Assembly: GCA_004431415.1 (NCBI GenBank)
Contig: QPMI01000564.1
Coordinates: forward strand, 186,001-250,000
Length of the DNA stretch: 64,000 bases
Reading direction: 5' to 3'
Origin: Cyanophora paradoxa CCMP329
Taxonomy: Eukaryota > Plantae > Glaucophyta
In this document: positions 25,324 through 36,300 of the stretch, piece by piece
How the letters are laid out: each line of letters starts with the position of its first letter
Numbering within the stretch: position 1 is the first letter of the stretch
Translations under genes and position numbers: made by a program
Notes under the pieces: generated by a model
Databases searched by the model: none
Seen by the model: only the letters and a program-made list of their open reading frames with translations
Told to the model about the DNA's origin: nothing

Positions 25324-28319
25324 TTAATTAAAAGGAACAGAATTAATACCATCTGGTAAGATGTATCTCTTTGCATCAAAGCAGTTTAGGGCAACCCTTC
25401 TACTCACAGTATCTATTATTGTGTGGTCTGCCCTTCTTTTCTGCTTTGCAGTCACAGTCTTGCTGATACCTGCAAATAAACACTGCTTAAAATCATTAAA
25501 TTGGAGTTCCTCAGTGGAAGTCCCAGAGAGCTTACTTCTCTCAATCTCAGCAGTTCTGAAACTGTAAACTTTGGCTCTTAGACCCACATACTCCAATAAA
25601 GCAGAACCTGGCATCTCATTTTTGTATTTACCTGGGGTCATTCTGGAATCACCTCCAAGGTCTAATGCATAGGATATATTCTCTATATCTTTTTGTAGGG
25701 TCTTAGATTCGATATATAGACAAAAGGAATCAGTATCATGGAACAGTAATTTGGCTTTGGACCATTGGGACCTTATAGTATCATAGAAGAACTGGTAATT
25801 ATGCAGTTTGGCTGCATCCAAAACATAAGCCCCAATTGCAACAGGCTTATCTAGTTTCACATGCTTTGTGTAAAACTCAAAGGCAACTGCTTTTTCGTTT
25901 ATGGGGCTTGTTGATTTCACCAATGGAGAGGCTGCATATTTCATAAATAGCTTTTCACTGTTTGCAATCTTAACCACAGATCTACCTCTACATGATTCAA
26001 TGCATTTCCCATAGATTGAATTATTCATCAGTTTATAGAAATCAGCCTCGAATTTATTCACTGCTTTCCTTCTCATCTCAGTGTTCAGCTCAATATAAGA
26101 TTTCATTACAGGAGCCACAGTAAATGATAGGACCCTGTGAACCTTCTTTAATTTCACCCCTTTGTCCAACAGATACTGTAGGAGAGGCTCAGAAATCACA
26201 TAGTTTGCCACAGAACCAAAGGTTGCAGTTAGCTTTGGGGTTTTATCAAGCTCTTCTCCTGAGAGATCTAATAGGCTCTTTTGATATTGTGATAATTCCG
26301 CATATTCTACTATTTTCTTGTTAATAATTAGGGGGAAATCACTGTGATCTAGAAACAGCCTAATTGGGTAATCCAGATCAACTTCTAGGAAACTGGATCT
26401 GTTATCTTGTGGGTTGAATTCGGTCTCCCATCTAAAATCACCAACTGGAATTGGCTGACTCAAACAGTAGCCATACAAGTTGTTAGCATCAAACAGCATA
26501 ATGTGGGAGTTTTCACCATCAGCCTCAGCATACCTACAAGGCATTGTTGCAAAGCCACCCCTGATTCCCCTCTCAACAAATTCGTATTGCTCTACATCAC
26601 TTATAAGCTCTATTTTTGCCTTGGTGGTCCTAAGCATAGCATCCCAAGATAACCCAGGGGCAGATACATAATGAACTGGGTCAAGTCCATATACTGAGTG
26701 TGAAAGCCTTCTGAAGGCTTGGAATTTGTTCATTAACTCATCTACATCAGCAGCTCCAAAATCCATGAAATTACTTGCATCAATGAACTTGTAAAGACCC
26801 CATTGCAATGAAAGGTATTGATCAAAGTTTTTCGAAAGGATTTCGATTCGCTTTTTATCTCCCAAACCTGCTATTTTTCTGAAATGAATGACCCACAGTC
26901 ATCCATTTGGTCAACAACCACTGCTACTTTGGTTTGCTTTGAGATTCTCCTATGGAGATTGCAGTTTCTGCAAGCAGGAGCAATGTACTGACCTGTGTGG
27001 TGATCATGATCTCTGCATTTAAAGTTCTCCTTAGTGAATCTCTCACTGCAAAGGTAACAGTTTTTGGTAGCTCTGTAAATTGCTTTCTGCTCATCTGTGA
27101 GTTCATTCATAGGAATATTGGTGAACAGGAAATCGATTAGTTCTCTAGCTTTGGACTCCAAGCATTCAAACAGACCTCCCATTGGATCCTGCCCCTCAAA
27201 ACGAAAATCTTGAACATCTGCCCCAGTGACTACTCTGAGGTTGACTGCTGAGACTTCCCTCTTGGATTTCGATGCATCAATGGGGATGCTTCTATGTTCA
27301 ATCTTGCAGTAGACCACAACAGGAAGCCATACAGTTTTCCTAAGGTTTTTGAGTCCAAACTCTATGGTGGTCTCAGGTTTTGGTGTGATTCCCTTTGAGA
27401 GTCTCCAATCAATGCATCTGTTTGAGTCCACATGAGCAGTGAGTTTAGCCTCAGACCTAAATCGAGATAAGCATGTGTCACAGTAGTGTAACTTTTGATC
27501 CTTGGTTTTATCAAGGGCAACTCTGAGAAGTCTTGAGAGTGACATAATAGTAATATAGTGACCATTCCCTTCATCATCATGAATGAGCATGAGATTAATC
27601 TTTTGCTTTCTGCCTGGGTTGCTGGATTGATGCAGGGGATAAATAACCTCTCCATCGATTCCAAATATATTAATGCTAATGCCTGCATTTTGAGCCTCGA
27701 ATTTATCAATTATTTCAGCATCACAGGCAACAGGGAATGGGATATTGTCGAAATTGAGAGCCAAAGGATTGTATGTGGTTGGTGAGTATTTCCATTTGCG
27801 ATATTGTGTAAGCTCACTTCTCTTGTGGGAATTTACATCTTTCCTATGGATCCATGCCAAAATGGCATTTTCAAAGCAAGAATCATCAATATTTCGAATA
27901 TTCACTGTGGCTTTCTTAGCTGCAATTGATTCTGGTGTTTTAACATAGCAGCCACCAGTTGGGGCATAACTCATAATAGCAACTCTTAGCATTTCGATTC
28001 TTTCAAGTCGATAGCTGTCAACCACATTCATCTGCTCCTGACACATTTGGGCTGCTTTATTCAGCTCAGTTCGAATATTTCTCGATTTGGTTAATACAAA
28101 ATAATCGCTGTAAATGTATTTCGATATCCAAACCTGCGGATTGCTGACTTTAACGAACTTGCAGATAAACGACAAGCGAACCTTGATTGCCCTGAATTGA
28201 TCCAGACTATCCCTTAAACGTTTTGGTAGAGAGGTTGCAATTCTATCTAAATATTCAATCACATCTACAACAACTTCCCTTCTGGCTCTGTATGTGAGCC
28301 AGCGATATAATTCATTCAT
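25324..28319 (-). CDS. polB: Protein-primed family B DNA polymerase (pPolB), one frameshift near 26875; start may extend to ~28566
   Basis: Polinton-type N-terminus (KKATVNIRNIDDSCF, ISINIFG, GHYITIMSLSRLL), endonuclease-VII-like CYLC..CRDHDHHTG..ACRNCN, polymerase motifs DANNLYG, KLMNNSIYGK, HDTDS, GLRAKVY. Confidence 0.93.
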
Positions 28320-28632
28320 GGCTGTGCCATCTTCTGCCTCTGGTTCTATTTGCCTCAGGCGATCGAGTTCATCAAGAGTTTCAACTTTATCATAGAGGTT
28401 ATTGGCTTTCTGGTTAATTTTGCTAAAGTGGGTCTGCCCCTTGAAATAAATCCGATTTCCCGGTCATATTCAGCCTCTGTGATTTCATGGGCTGCATACA
28501 GTGTTCCCAGTAATCCCATAAGTTCCCATTTCTTCTCTCTAATGAGTCTGTTGCTAATTCGGGCATAGTTCCTAACTTGTTCCTACTAAAAGGGAGGTTT
28601 TAAATGGGGAATTCTGAACACAAAATTTGATG

Positions 28633-28670
28633 AAACTACTTAAAGAAATATCTTCTATATATATAAAAGG
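28633..28670 (+). promoter_or_regulatory. Conserved upstream motif, copy 1 (putative promoter)
   Basis: AAACTACTTAAAGAAATATCTTCTATATATATAAAAGG just before ATG 28674; 37/38 identical to 29953-29990. Confidence 0.7.
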
Positions 28671-28673
28671 ACA

Positions 28674-29486
28674 ATGGCAGAGAAGAAATCGTATTGCCTG
28701 GAAAAGCTCAAAGCGGCTTTAATGTTGCTTTGTGGATCTGATAACTTCAATGATTATGTTGCTCTTGGAAGTAACAGGAAACCGCTCCCTCTTTGGGCAA
28801 AGCTTGCAAAATATGGATTAAGTGACTATGACCTGCCTCCAGAGTCTGAGCATTGCGCCTGTGATCATCCAATTAAAGAGCAATGCTATATTCTGCATGT
28901 TAATAAAAAGATTGTGGTCATTGTTGGGAATTGCTGCATTTTACGATTTATTCCAAAGGTGCCAGAGGTCAAGATATATGTGAAAGATGTGGAGATCGGC
29001 ATAAAACCGAAAGGATAATTTCTGTAATAAGTGCAGAATCGCTTTAAAGCAAGAAGAACTGGAAAGAAAAAGAGAACTTGAAAACAAGAGGAAGCTCGAA
29101 AGAGGCAGCTTGAATTAGAAGAAAGAGAGCGAAAACAGAGAGAATTAGAACAAGAAAGAGCAAGGAATAAACATGCAGTTAACCTTTTCCTGATTTGGAG
29201 CAACCAGTTTATTCCGAAAATGGATAATCTTCGCAGAGATGATATAGAGAGGTTCAGAGAGGGCAGATCTGCATTGATTGAAATGTATGCAGAACTCAGT
29301 ACAACAAATACATTGGTTGCTGGGTTTCAGGTGCCTTATCTTAAAAAAGATATCGCAAAAGGATTAGATTGCAGATGGAATAAGGACAAGAAAACATGGG
29401 AGACCTTGGAAATCGAACCATTTGTAGCATTGCTAGGTAAGCATTTCAAACTTATGTATATTGAGCGATTTGGACAAAGAGGGTAG
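28674..29486 (+). CDS. Hypothetical protein(s) with CxCxH...VGNCC metal-binding motif and coiled coil, probably one frameshifted gene
   Basis: ORFs 28674-29018 and 29220-29486 are linked by a K/E-rich coding-like stretch in another frame. Confidence 0.55.
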
Positions 29487-29542
29487 AGAACAAAAAATGA
29501 TTTAAAGAATTCTCTATATATATTAAGAGAGACAGAGGAAAA

Positions 29543-29797
29543 ATGCCACTCAGTGAAGCCCAGAAGAGAGCTATGAAGAGATACCAGCAAACTGAAAAAG
29601 GTAAGGCTCAAATAAAAAAGTTTAACGAAAAAATAGCCACACAGCTTAGAGATCTATATAACACTGATGATACTTATAGAGCCATGAAAATAGCAAGTTC
29701 ATGTCAGCGAAAGTATGCAGCCAATGCAGTCTGCTTTGTCAAGTATTTGTATGATGTCCCTTACTCAAATCGAGGGAGAAAATTGAAACATGTCTAA
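29543..29797 (+). CDS. Small basic hypothetical protein (84 aa)
   Basis: MPLSEAQKRAMKRYQQTEKGK..., preceded by a degenerate copy of the TTAAAG..CTATATATA motif. Confidence 0.65.
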   Translation: MPLSEAQKRAMKRYQQTEKGKAQIKKFNEKIATQLRDLYNTDDTYRAMKIASSCQRKYAANAVCFVKYLYDVPYSNRGRKLKHV

Positions 29798-29952
29798 ATT
29801 ATTTTTCCCAGCATATTACTAGGCTGGGATATGCTGTTTATTCGCTGAAATACTACTTTATCGTTTTTGTATCTGAACCACTCGATATATCATGTGGATA
29901 AATTTCGTAGGGATACTTTCTCGATTTCCAACAAAAAATGATTGGGGACCCA

Positions 29953-29990
29953 AAACTACTTAAAGAAAAATCTTCTATATATATAAAAGG
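29953..29990 (+). promoter_or_regulatory. Conserved upstream motif, copy 2 (putative promoter)
   Basis: AAACTACTTAAAGAAAAATCTTCTATATATATAAAAGG before ATG 30008. Confidence 0.7.
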
Positions 29991-30007
29991 GACCCCGATC
30001 GCTGAAA

Positions 30008-31240
30008 ATGAACGCCAAACAGACCAAGTTAATTAAATCGCTCGCTAACTGGCTTCGTTCTGATGAGGAACTTGCCAAAAACATGATTATCCAGTGAAAC
30101 CTGACAGCAAAGACCCAGTTTTCAAGCATAAGGGAGGTGCTTGGTCCTGGAAAAGTATGAGGAAGCGCTGGCAACTAATCAGTATGTATCTTGGGCATTC
30201 TGCTCTCAGACAACATGATGGTTATTGACTTTGATGATGAGGAGGACTTTGAGAAATTCCGAGATATGTTTCCTGATGACTTTGATGCCAATCAACCCAT
30301 GGCAAAAACTAAAAAAGGCTATCATGTCTACTTTAAACGACCTGAGGAGTTCAATAAACTCAAAATCACCGATAAGGCTCCAGGCTTTAAAGGCTTTGAA
30401 AAGGTTGACCTGAAAACAATCACTGGAACTGGAACTTCTGGATTGATCAATGTTTGTCCTAGTGTGAACAAGACTTGGGTGATTGCCCCATGGGATGATA
30501 CCTGTGATTTCAATGAGCCTACTGATGAGTTCAAAAAGTGGATTATAGACAACTATATCTATAAGAGTGAGTATACTGCTAATGCTACCTCACATGATGA
30601 ATTGGAAAAGAGTATTATGAAAGAGCTGGTGGATATGGGCTTTATGCATCCCAATATAATCTCTAAAACTGAACTGGGCTTTAACTTTGATGCTGCTAAT
30701 AAGGGACTCAATTGCCCATGCTGCAATGGGTCACATGAATCGAATAACTGGTATGTTATGAAAGCCAAAGGGGAAGATAAAAAGTATATTGTGTCCAGCT
30801 ACAGTGGCAATTGCAAAAAACGATTTATCTTCATTGGAATGCAATCTGATATCTTCAATCTCATTGATAAATCCGCTGGCTCTGGAGGCGCTCATTATGA
30901 TGTCAGTCTTGTGTGCAAAGAGGTCCTACAACACACTTGGAGATACTCCAAAAAGTCATGGTTCAAACTCAATACTGATACTGGGATTTGGGAGCATGAT
31001 GACACAAACCAAAAGATTTACCTAGATATTAGTTGCCTTGTTGTCCCTCAATACCTTGGCAGGGCTGTGCATTATAGCCAAAGAGCTTTGAAGGATGAAG
31101 AGAATAGAACAGCTTTCGAAGAGAAATCAAAAACATTAATTTCTATTGCCAAAAATCTTAAACAATCAGGATATCGCAAATCCCTTCTGACTGATCTGCT
31201 CCCTCTGCTAAATGATGATGAATTCTATGAAAAGATTGAT
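30008..31240 (+). pseudogene. Prim-Pol (AEP) primase of D5-like primase-helicase type, truncated before the helicase domain by an insertion
   Basis: GILL..MMVIDFD (DxD), KTKKGYHVYF (motif II), VDLKT, CPCC..H Zn finger, D5_N-like TGIWEHD..DDEFYEKID, then an abrupt switch to GC-rich DNA. Two 5' frameshifts (~30090, ~30152). Confidence 0.82.
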
Positions 31241-31455
31241 CTCGAGCTTGCCCCTTCGCTGTCAATGCATTGTTAACCCTCGGAGGTTCGATGAGTCACG
31301 CGTCACGGAGGTTTGGGTGTTATATTGCGATCAGGGACGCGCTGCACTAACAGGGGGGCTAGCACTAACTGGCGCGGGGAGTAACACGTCCGACGTACCC
31401 CTCGGGGCCTCCGGCCTCTAACTATGCTCAGGCTCTAACTGAATGCTGTACCCCC

Positions 31456-32184
31456 TCACTGGCCGAAGTGCGACGGTCCCCAGTCGAGGTCGGGGTGGGG
31501 CCATGGGGGCCTCCGGCGGGGTACGATGCTCCCGCTTGCCAGTTCCATGTACTCCCCCACGGGGTTGTCTTCGTCTGCGAGGTCCTTATAGTTGCCCTTT
31601 ACGAGATCCGCTGCCGCTTTGCGCCAGCGAACGGCCACGTTGTACGTGTTGTCGATGATGTTCTGCACCGTACCCTCCATAGGTGTTAGGGACGGTTTGT
31701 AGGTGAGATAGTCGTCCCTCTTGCGCAGGTTCAATTCCCTTTCGTAGTACTCCACTGCGCTTGGGAGGGCCCTGAGCTCCACCGCGTGCTCGCCCGGGTC
31801 CGACGAGCTAATGAGTCCGGAGCGCTGCAGTGCGTTCACAGCCGCCCGCAACACGATTTTGCCTACCCCCCGCATCGAATCCCTCTGCTCGGGCATCCCG
31901 TACTCCCCCTGCGGCCCGTAATCGTTGTAGTAGCTTTCTATTTCGACGGTGGCTGGCTTATTGCCGACCTGAGGCTTGACAGAGCCGTACACCCATGCCA
32001 TAGCGTCATTGTCCGCTGAGCGGGCTTTCTTGGAAGGGGGCGGCAGCACTTCGATTTTGAACTCCCTGGTCCGTCGGTTGACGAGTGTTTTTAGATTGAG
32101 GGGGAGGCGCGTATCCCCGAATTTATCAGGAAAGAGGCGGTGTAGCTTAAACCACGCTTCCTGATCACCGTAGGTGTACGACAT
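31456..32184 (-). CDS. GNAT-like acetyltransferase
   Basis: Acetyl-CoA loop-like MRGVGKIVLRAAV and LRALPSAVEYYE motif. Confidence 0.55.
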   Translation of the reverse strand: MSYTYGDQEAWFKLHRLFPDKFGDTRLPLNLKTLVNRRTREFKIEVLPPPSKKARSADNDAMAWVYGSVKPQVGNKPATVEIESYYNDYGPQGEYGMPEQRDSMRGVGKIVLRAAVNALQRSGLISSSDPGEHAVELRALPSAVEYYERELNLRKRDDYLTYKPSLTPMEGTVQNIIDNTYNVAVRWRKAAADLVKGNYKDLADEDNPVGEYMELASGSIVPRRRPPWPHPDLDWGPSHFGQ

Positions 32185-32221
32185 TCGCTCGCGGCTCGCT
32201 GAGAATTTATACCTGTACCCC

Positions 32222-32797
32222 CTACTCGCGGTCGGGGTACCTGTCGCCGGGCATCAGCCTCGCGCGCTTGCGCAGCTCCGCCTCCCCGGGTAGCCAGTTC
32301 TTCGGGTCGTTGCTCCACTCCTCCCATTCGCGTATGTCCCGTCTGACGTCACGTGGGGCGGGGGCGTTTATCGGTGGGGCGGGCGGGGCTGGCAGGGCCG
32401 GGGGCGGGGGGTTGAGGCCCCTGTCCCACGAGTACTCGGGGTATCTGTCCCATCCCAGGGGTACCAGATTCATCGGAATCGGCTCAACTTCGAATTGGGG
32501 CTTTTTGGCGTGATACTCATAGTTCGTGACGTACGCCGCCACAGCCGAGCGCAGGCGCGAGAGGTCGCGCAAATTTACGTCGTCCCATTGCGAGTCCCTT
32601 GCCTTCGCGTACCACTCGAGGATTTGCATACGAATTTGGTCGGGGAGGGTCGAGAGTATGCTGAGCTTGGAGCCCAGGGCGAACCAGATACGCTTGAACT
32701 CGTCGATAATCCTGCCCTCGTCGTGGCTCCGAACGTAAAAGGCCCCGCCAGAGTTGTAATGCGTGTCTAGCCACCCTGCCCGGGCCAGCTCTAGCAC
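32222..32797 (-). CDS. Hypothetical protein, probably 5'-truncated
   Basis: 191-codon ORF with protein-like composition and no ATG start. Confidence 0.5.
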   Translation of the reverse strand: MLELARAGWLDTHYNSGGAFYVRSHDEGRIIDEFKRIWFALGSKLSILSTLPDQIRMQILEWYAKARDSQWDDVNLRDLSRLRSAVAAYVTNYEYHAKKPQFEVEPIPMNLVPLGWDRYPEYSWDRGLNPPPPALPAPPAPPINAPAPRDVRRDIREWEEWSNDPKNWLPGEAELRKRARLMPGDRYPDRE

Positions 32798-32865
32798 CGG
32801 CCAGGGTTGGCGCTGTCGATTCGGTCGCGAGGCCGCTGTCGATTCGGTCGCGAGGCCGGTCGCGA

Positions 32866-33190
32866 TAGAATTTTAGAGGTGAAATGCCCGTACAAGGGCG
32901 AACTTTATGATAGAGTTCCTACTTATTACATGCCCCAACTGCAAGGACTTCTGGACATCACGGGCCGCGAGTGGGCCGAACTTTTTTGCTTCACTCCTCT
33001 GCGCGTGCAAACGTGGTACGTCAGGCGCGACGAGAGGTACATCGAGCTCATGAGGAAGTGCTTACATCTATTTTGGATGCACGTCAAGGAGGGTACGCCG
33101 CCCGAGCCCTACAGCGATCGAATGAAGTTAGAGAACCTCAGCGAGGAGCAGGCGGCGCTGCGTGAGTTTAAGTCGTACGCCCTCCTCTAG
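32866..33190 (+). pseudogene. YqaJ/lambda-exonuclease-like PD-(D/E)xK nuclease, C-terminal half only
   Basis: ILEVKCPY, VPTYYMPQLQGLLDITG, FW motifs. The upstream SPDG motif is absent and a 23-bp tandem duplication sits in its place. Confidence 0.8.
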
Positions 33191-33325
33191 TGTCCGGACC
33201 TTTCCAATACTCTATATGATTATTGGGAGGGTCCGGACACGTCTCTTGGTCAGACTACTTCTGTCCCAGGTCTTTGGAATCTTAATATAAATTTTCCGGG
33301 ACCCGGGACAGGGCTTGGTCGGACT
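33190..33325. repeat. Two GC-stem/AT-loop hairpins between convergent genes
   Basis: GTGTCCGGACC..GGTCCGGACAC (33190-33240) and CTGTCCC..GGGACAG (33261-33311), each followed by CTTGGTCRGACT. Confidence 0.75.
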
Positions 33326-33344
33326 CACCGTAGCTTGGTGTAGC

Positions 33345-36300
33345 TCAGGCCCAGGCCGGGTAGGCGAGTCTGTAATGAATCAGACCGCGCAGGATTTGGT
33401 TGAGCTGCTCGGTGCAGGGGGCGGGAAGGCGAGGCCGCGGAGGGCCATAGAGACGTAGCGGAATGGTGGGGAGGCGGCCCCTGTTATCCCACATGGCGTC
33501 CACTATGGCGTTGTGGACCATTTGCTCGGAGAGGGGCCGGAGGGCGGGCGGGCCTGCGCTCACCGTCTCAGTGTCGTTCAGTGGCCCGGGAAGTCGTCCT
33601 CGGGCTGAGCACCGGCGGCATGTCATCGTACGGCGAGTTGGCGACGGCCGAGGCCTGCGACGGCGGCGGCGAGCCCGGGGCGGCCGAGCCCTGCGTGGCG
33701 AGGGCCGCCGAGCGCGCCGAGGCGAGCGAGGCCTGCGAGGGCGCCGGCTCCAGCTCCATGTCGAAGACGCCGCCCTCCACGGCGACGGGGACGACGGGTG
33801 GCGAGGCCGGGATCGCGCGGGCCTGCTGCGTGGCGGGGACCTGAGCCGAGAAGTTCTCGAGCCGCCACTCGCGGCAGCCCGGGCACTCACCTGGACGAGG
33901 GGCTCGCGGTTGGCGACGGGCGGCGTCGGCAGGGCCTGCGTGGGGGCGTCACTTACAGAAGCCGAAGGCGCCGGCCTTGTGGGGCGGGGCGTCGGGGTCG
34001 CGGGGCGTGCTATAGGCCTCCGAGCCCTCCGATTCAGAGTCACTCACCGGGCTGAGAGGGTGGGGTGAGAAGAGGCCGAGGCGGGCCTTCTTGGCGGGCA
34101 GGAGGTGGGAGCCGTTGAGGGCGCAATCGGCGCGGTGGGCACACCTCTCTCCGTAGGTGGGGCAGAGGGCCGGGGCCGAGGGCGCCGGAGCCAAGGACGC
34201 CGGAGCCAAGGACGCCGGAGCCGAGGACGCCGGGGGCTGGAGGAGGCGGTGAGAGGGGCCGAGGAGGAGAGGAAGGGGGAAGGGCGCGGGCACCGGCGCC
34301 GGGACGAGGCCCTCCTCCAGCAGCCGCATCTGCGCCTCCTTCGCCTTCTCGTCGATGCGGGCCTCGAACGTCGCCCAGTTGAAGCCGACGGCGTCCGCCT
34401 CCGCCAGCTCGGGGAGGCCGTGCTCGTCGAACGCCAGCGCGGGCCGCCCGCTGAAGCCGAACGGGGCGGGGGGCGAGAGCGCGTTGTCCCCGACGCCCCA
34501 GACGGCGCTGAACGCCGCATCGTCCCAGCGCGCCTCCGCCTCCGCCTGGCCCTCGTCCCTTGCCTCGTCAATCTCGTCGTAGGGGAGCGACCCGATCTTG
34601 ATGATGGAGGCCTGGATCAGCACAAACTCGCGCTGGAAGAATTGGACGAGCGGGATGGTAACTGCGGGAGAGGGGGTGAGCGGGGAGAGCGCGGGGCGCA
34701 GGCCAAGGGCGGGGGCGCAGGCCAAGGGCGGGGCGGACGCACATTCGATGCCGTAGGCCACCTCCTTGATGTAGCGGCCCCGGCGGCCGATCTCCTTGGC
34801 CAGCATGCTGCACTCCTTGCGCGCCGGGTGGCCGTGGCCCCACTCTAGGTTGCAGAAACCTTCTCCGGTGCAATCTGGTGCAATCTGTGTCGACCTGTGT
34901 CGACCTGTGTCCAGCTGTGCCCACCCGTGTCGACCTGTGCCCACCCGTGTCGGCCTGTGCCTACCCGTGTCCGCCTGTGCCTACCCGTGTCCGCCTGTGC
35001 CTACCCGTGTCCGCCTGTGCCTACCCGTGCTCCCTGTGCCTACCCGTGTCGGCCTGTGTTTCGCCGTGCCACCCTGTGTGTTTGTGCAACCGGTACCGGT
35101 ACCCTGTGTAAATCGGTAAAAAACTCGATTTTATCGCGTAAGTCGTGCTCGTGGCCGGCGCACCCGCCGCGCAAAACTTATCTAGATTTATTAATATACA
35201 TATAGGTTTTATGTAAAACTTATTTATAAATTATACTCCCGTGCAATTTGTGTTTACCCATGCAATTTGTGTTTACCCATGTTCACCCGTGTTCACCCAT
35301 GTTCACCCATGCCTACCCATGCGGACCTGTGCCTTCTCGTGCTTCTTGTGCTTTCCCGTGCTTTGCCGTGCTTTCCCGTGCTTTGCCGTGCTTTCCCGTG
35401 CTTTGCCGTGCTTTCCCGTGCTTTGCCGTGCTTTCCCGTGCTTTCCCGTGCTTTCCCGTGCTTTGCCGTGCTTCTCTGTGCAATTCTGTGTCAAATTTAC
35501 ACAGGAGAAGGTTTCTGCAAGGCACCACTCCATGGCGATCATCGCCTTCGCCAGACGGACGCCCTCGATGTGCCACTCGTCCATCAGCGCCTCCAGCTTG
35601 GCGCAGATGCGCATCCAGAAGAAGACGCGCTTGAGCTTGTCGCGGTCGAATTCGGCGTCGCCGCTCTTGCTGCCCCAGTCGCGCAGGTCCGTCTCCTCCG
35701 CCTTCTTCACCTTCTCGTACCAGCACTTGATCTTCTCCGCCTGGCGCTGGAACTCGTCCGCCCGCGCCGTGAGAACGTCCGACTCCTCCTGCGCTCCGAG
35801 GGCCCGGGTCAGGGAGGAGAGGCGGGCTAAGCGGGGCGGCGGCGGACCGTGTGCGAGAGCTCGCCGACGATCACGGAGATGGCCGCCGAGAGGATCTCAC
35901 GGGCGCGGGCCGGCCCGTTTGGGTGGCCCTCGCGCAGAACCTCCTCCAGCTTCAGCACGGCCGCCCGCGCGAGATCGCGGTGGCGCTGGCGGGTCTCGTC
36001 GCTCCGGCCCTGATCCACGAGAAGCTGGAGCTGGGGCCGCATGCCGGAGTCGCAGACGCTGGCGTACTTCCGAAGGGCCGCGCAGGAGAGCACCTTCTGC
36101 ACGCTGACCAGCCAGTACGCGTAGCCCAGCGGGCTCTCCGCGCTCGGGTTCTCTCCGACCTGCGGACGCGACCTTAGCGCGCGCAGAAGCAGGGGAAAGG
36201 GGAAAGGGCGGGCTCTCGCGCACGTAAATGTCATCGGCGCAGGAGAGGAACATGTGATCAACGACGTCGAAGAAGCCGCCGGACGGGAGCGTGCCGACGC

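Larger units (their letters stand above)
21940..31240. mobile_element. AT-rich Polinton/Maverick- or virophage-like element (left part, interrupted at ~31240)
   Basis: Sharp drop in GC, intronless genes, rve integrase + protein-primed PolB + Prim-Pol/D5 primase, repeat-rich non-coding end. Its own capsid genes are not in the window. Confidence 0.85.

Noticed and set aside
24575-26880. Programmed ribosomal frameshifting in integrase and PolB
   Set aside because: No canonical slippery heptamer with downstream structure, and similar one-base losses recur in unrelated genes.
21962-31283. TTAACCCTCGG shared near both junctions (21962 and 31273)
   Set aside because: An 11-bp match with no extension; may be chance and is not positioned as a TSD.
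34850-35520. MITE acting as a clean introner
   Set aside because: I could not find a donor/acceptor pair at the ends that preserves the frame.
34796-35830. Cys/Pro-rich repetitive ORFs
   Set aside because: They are translations of the MITE's internal minisatellites.
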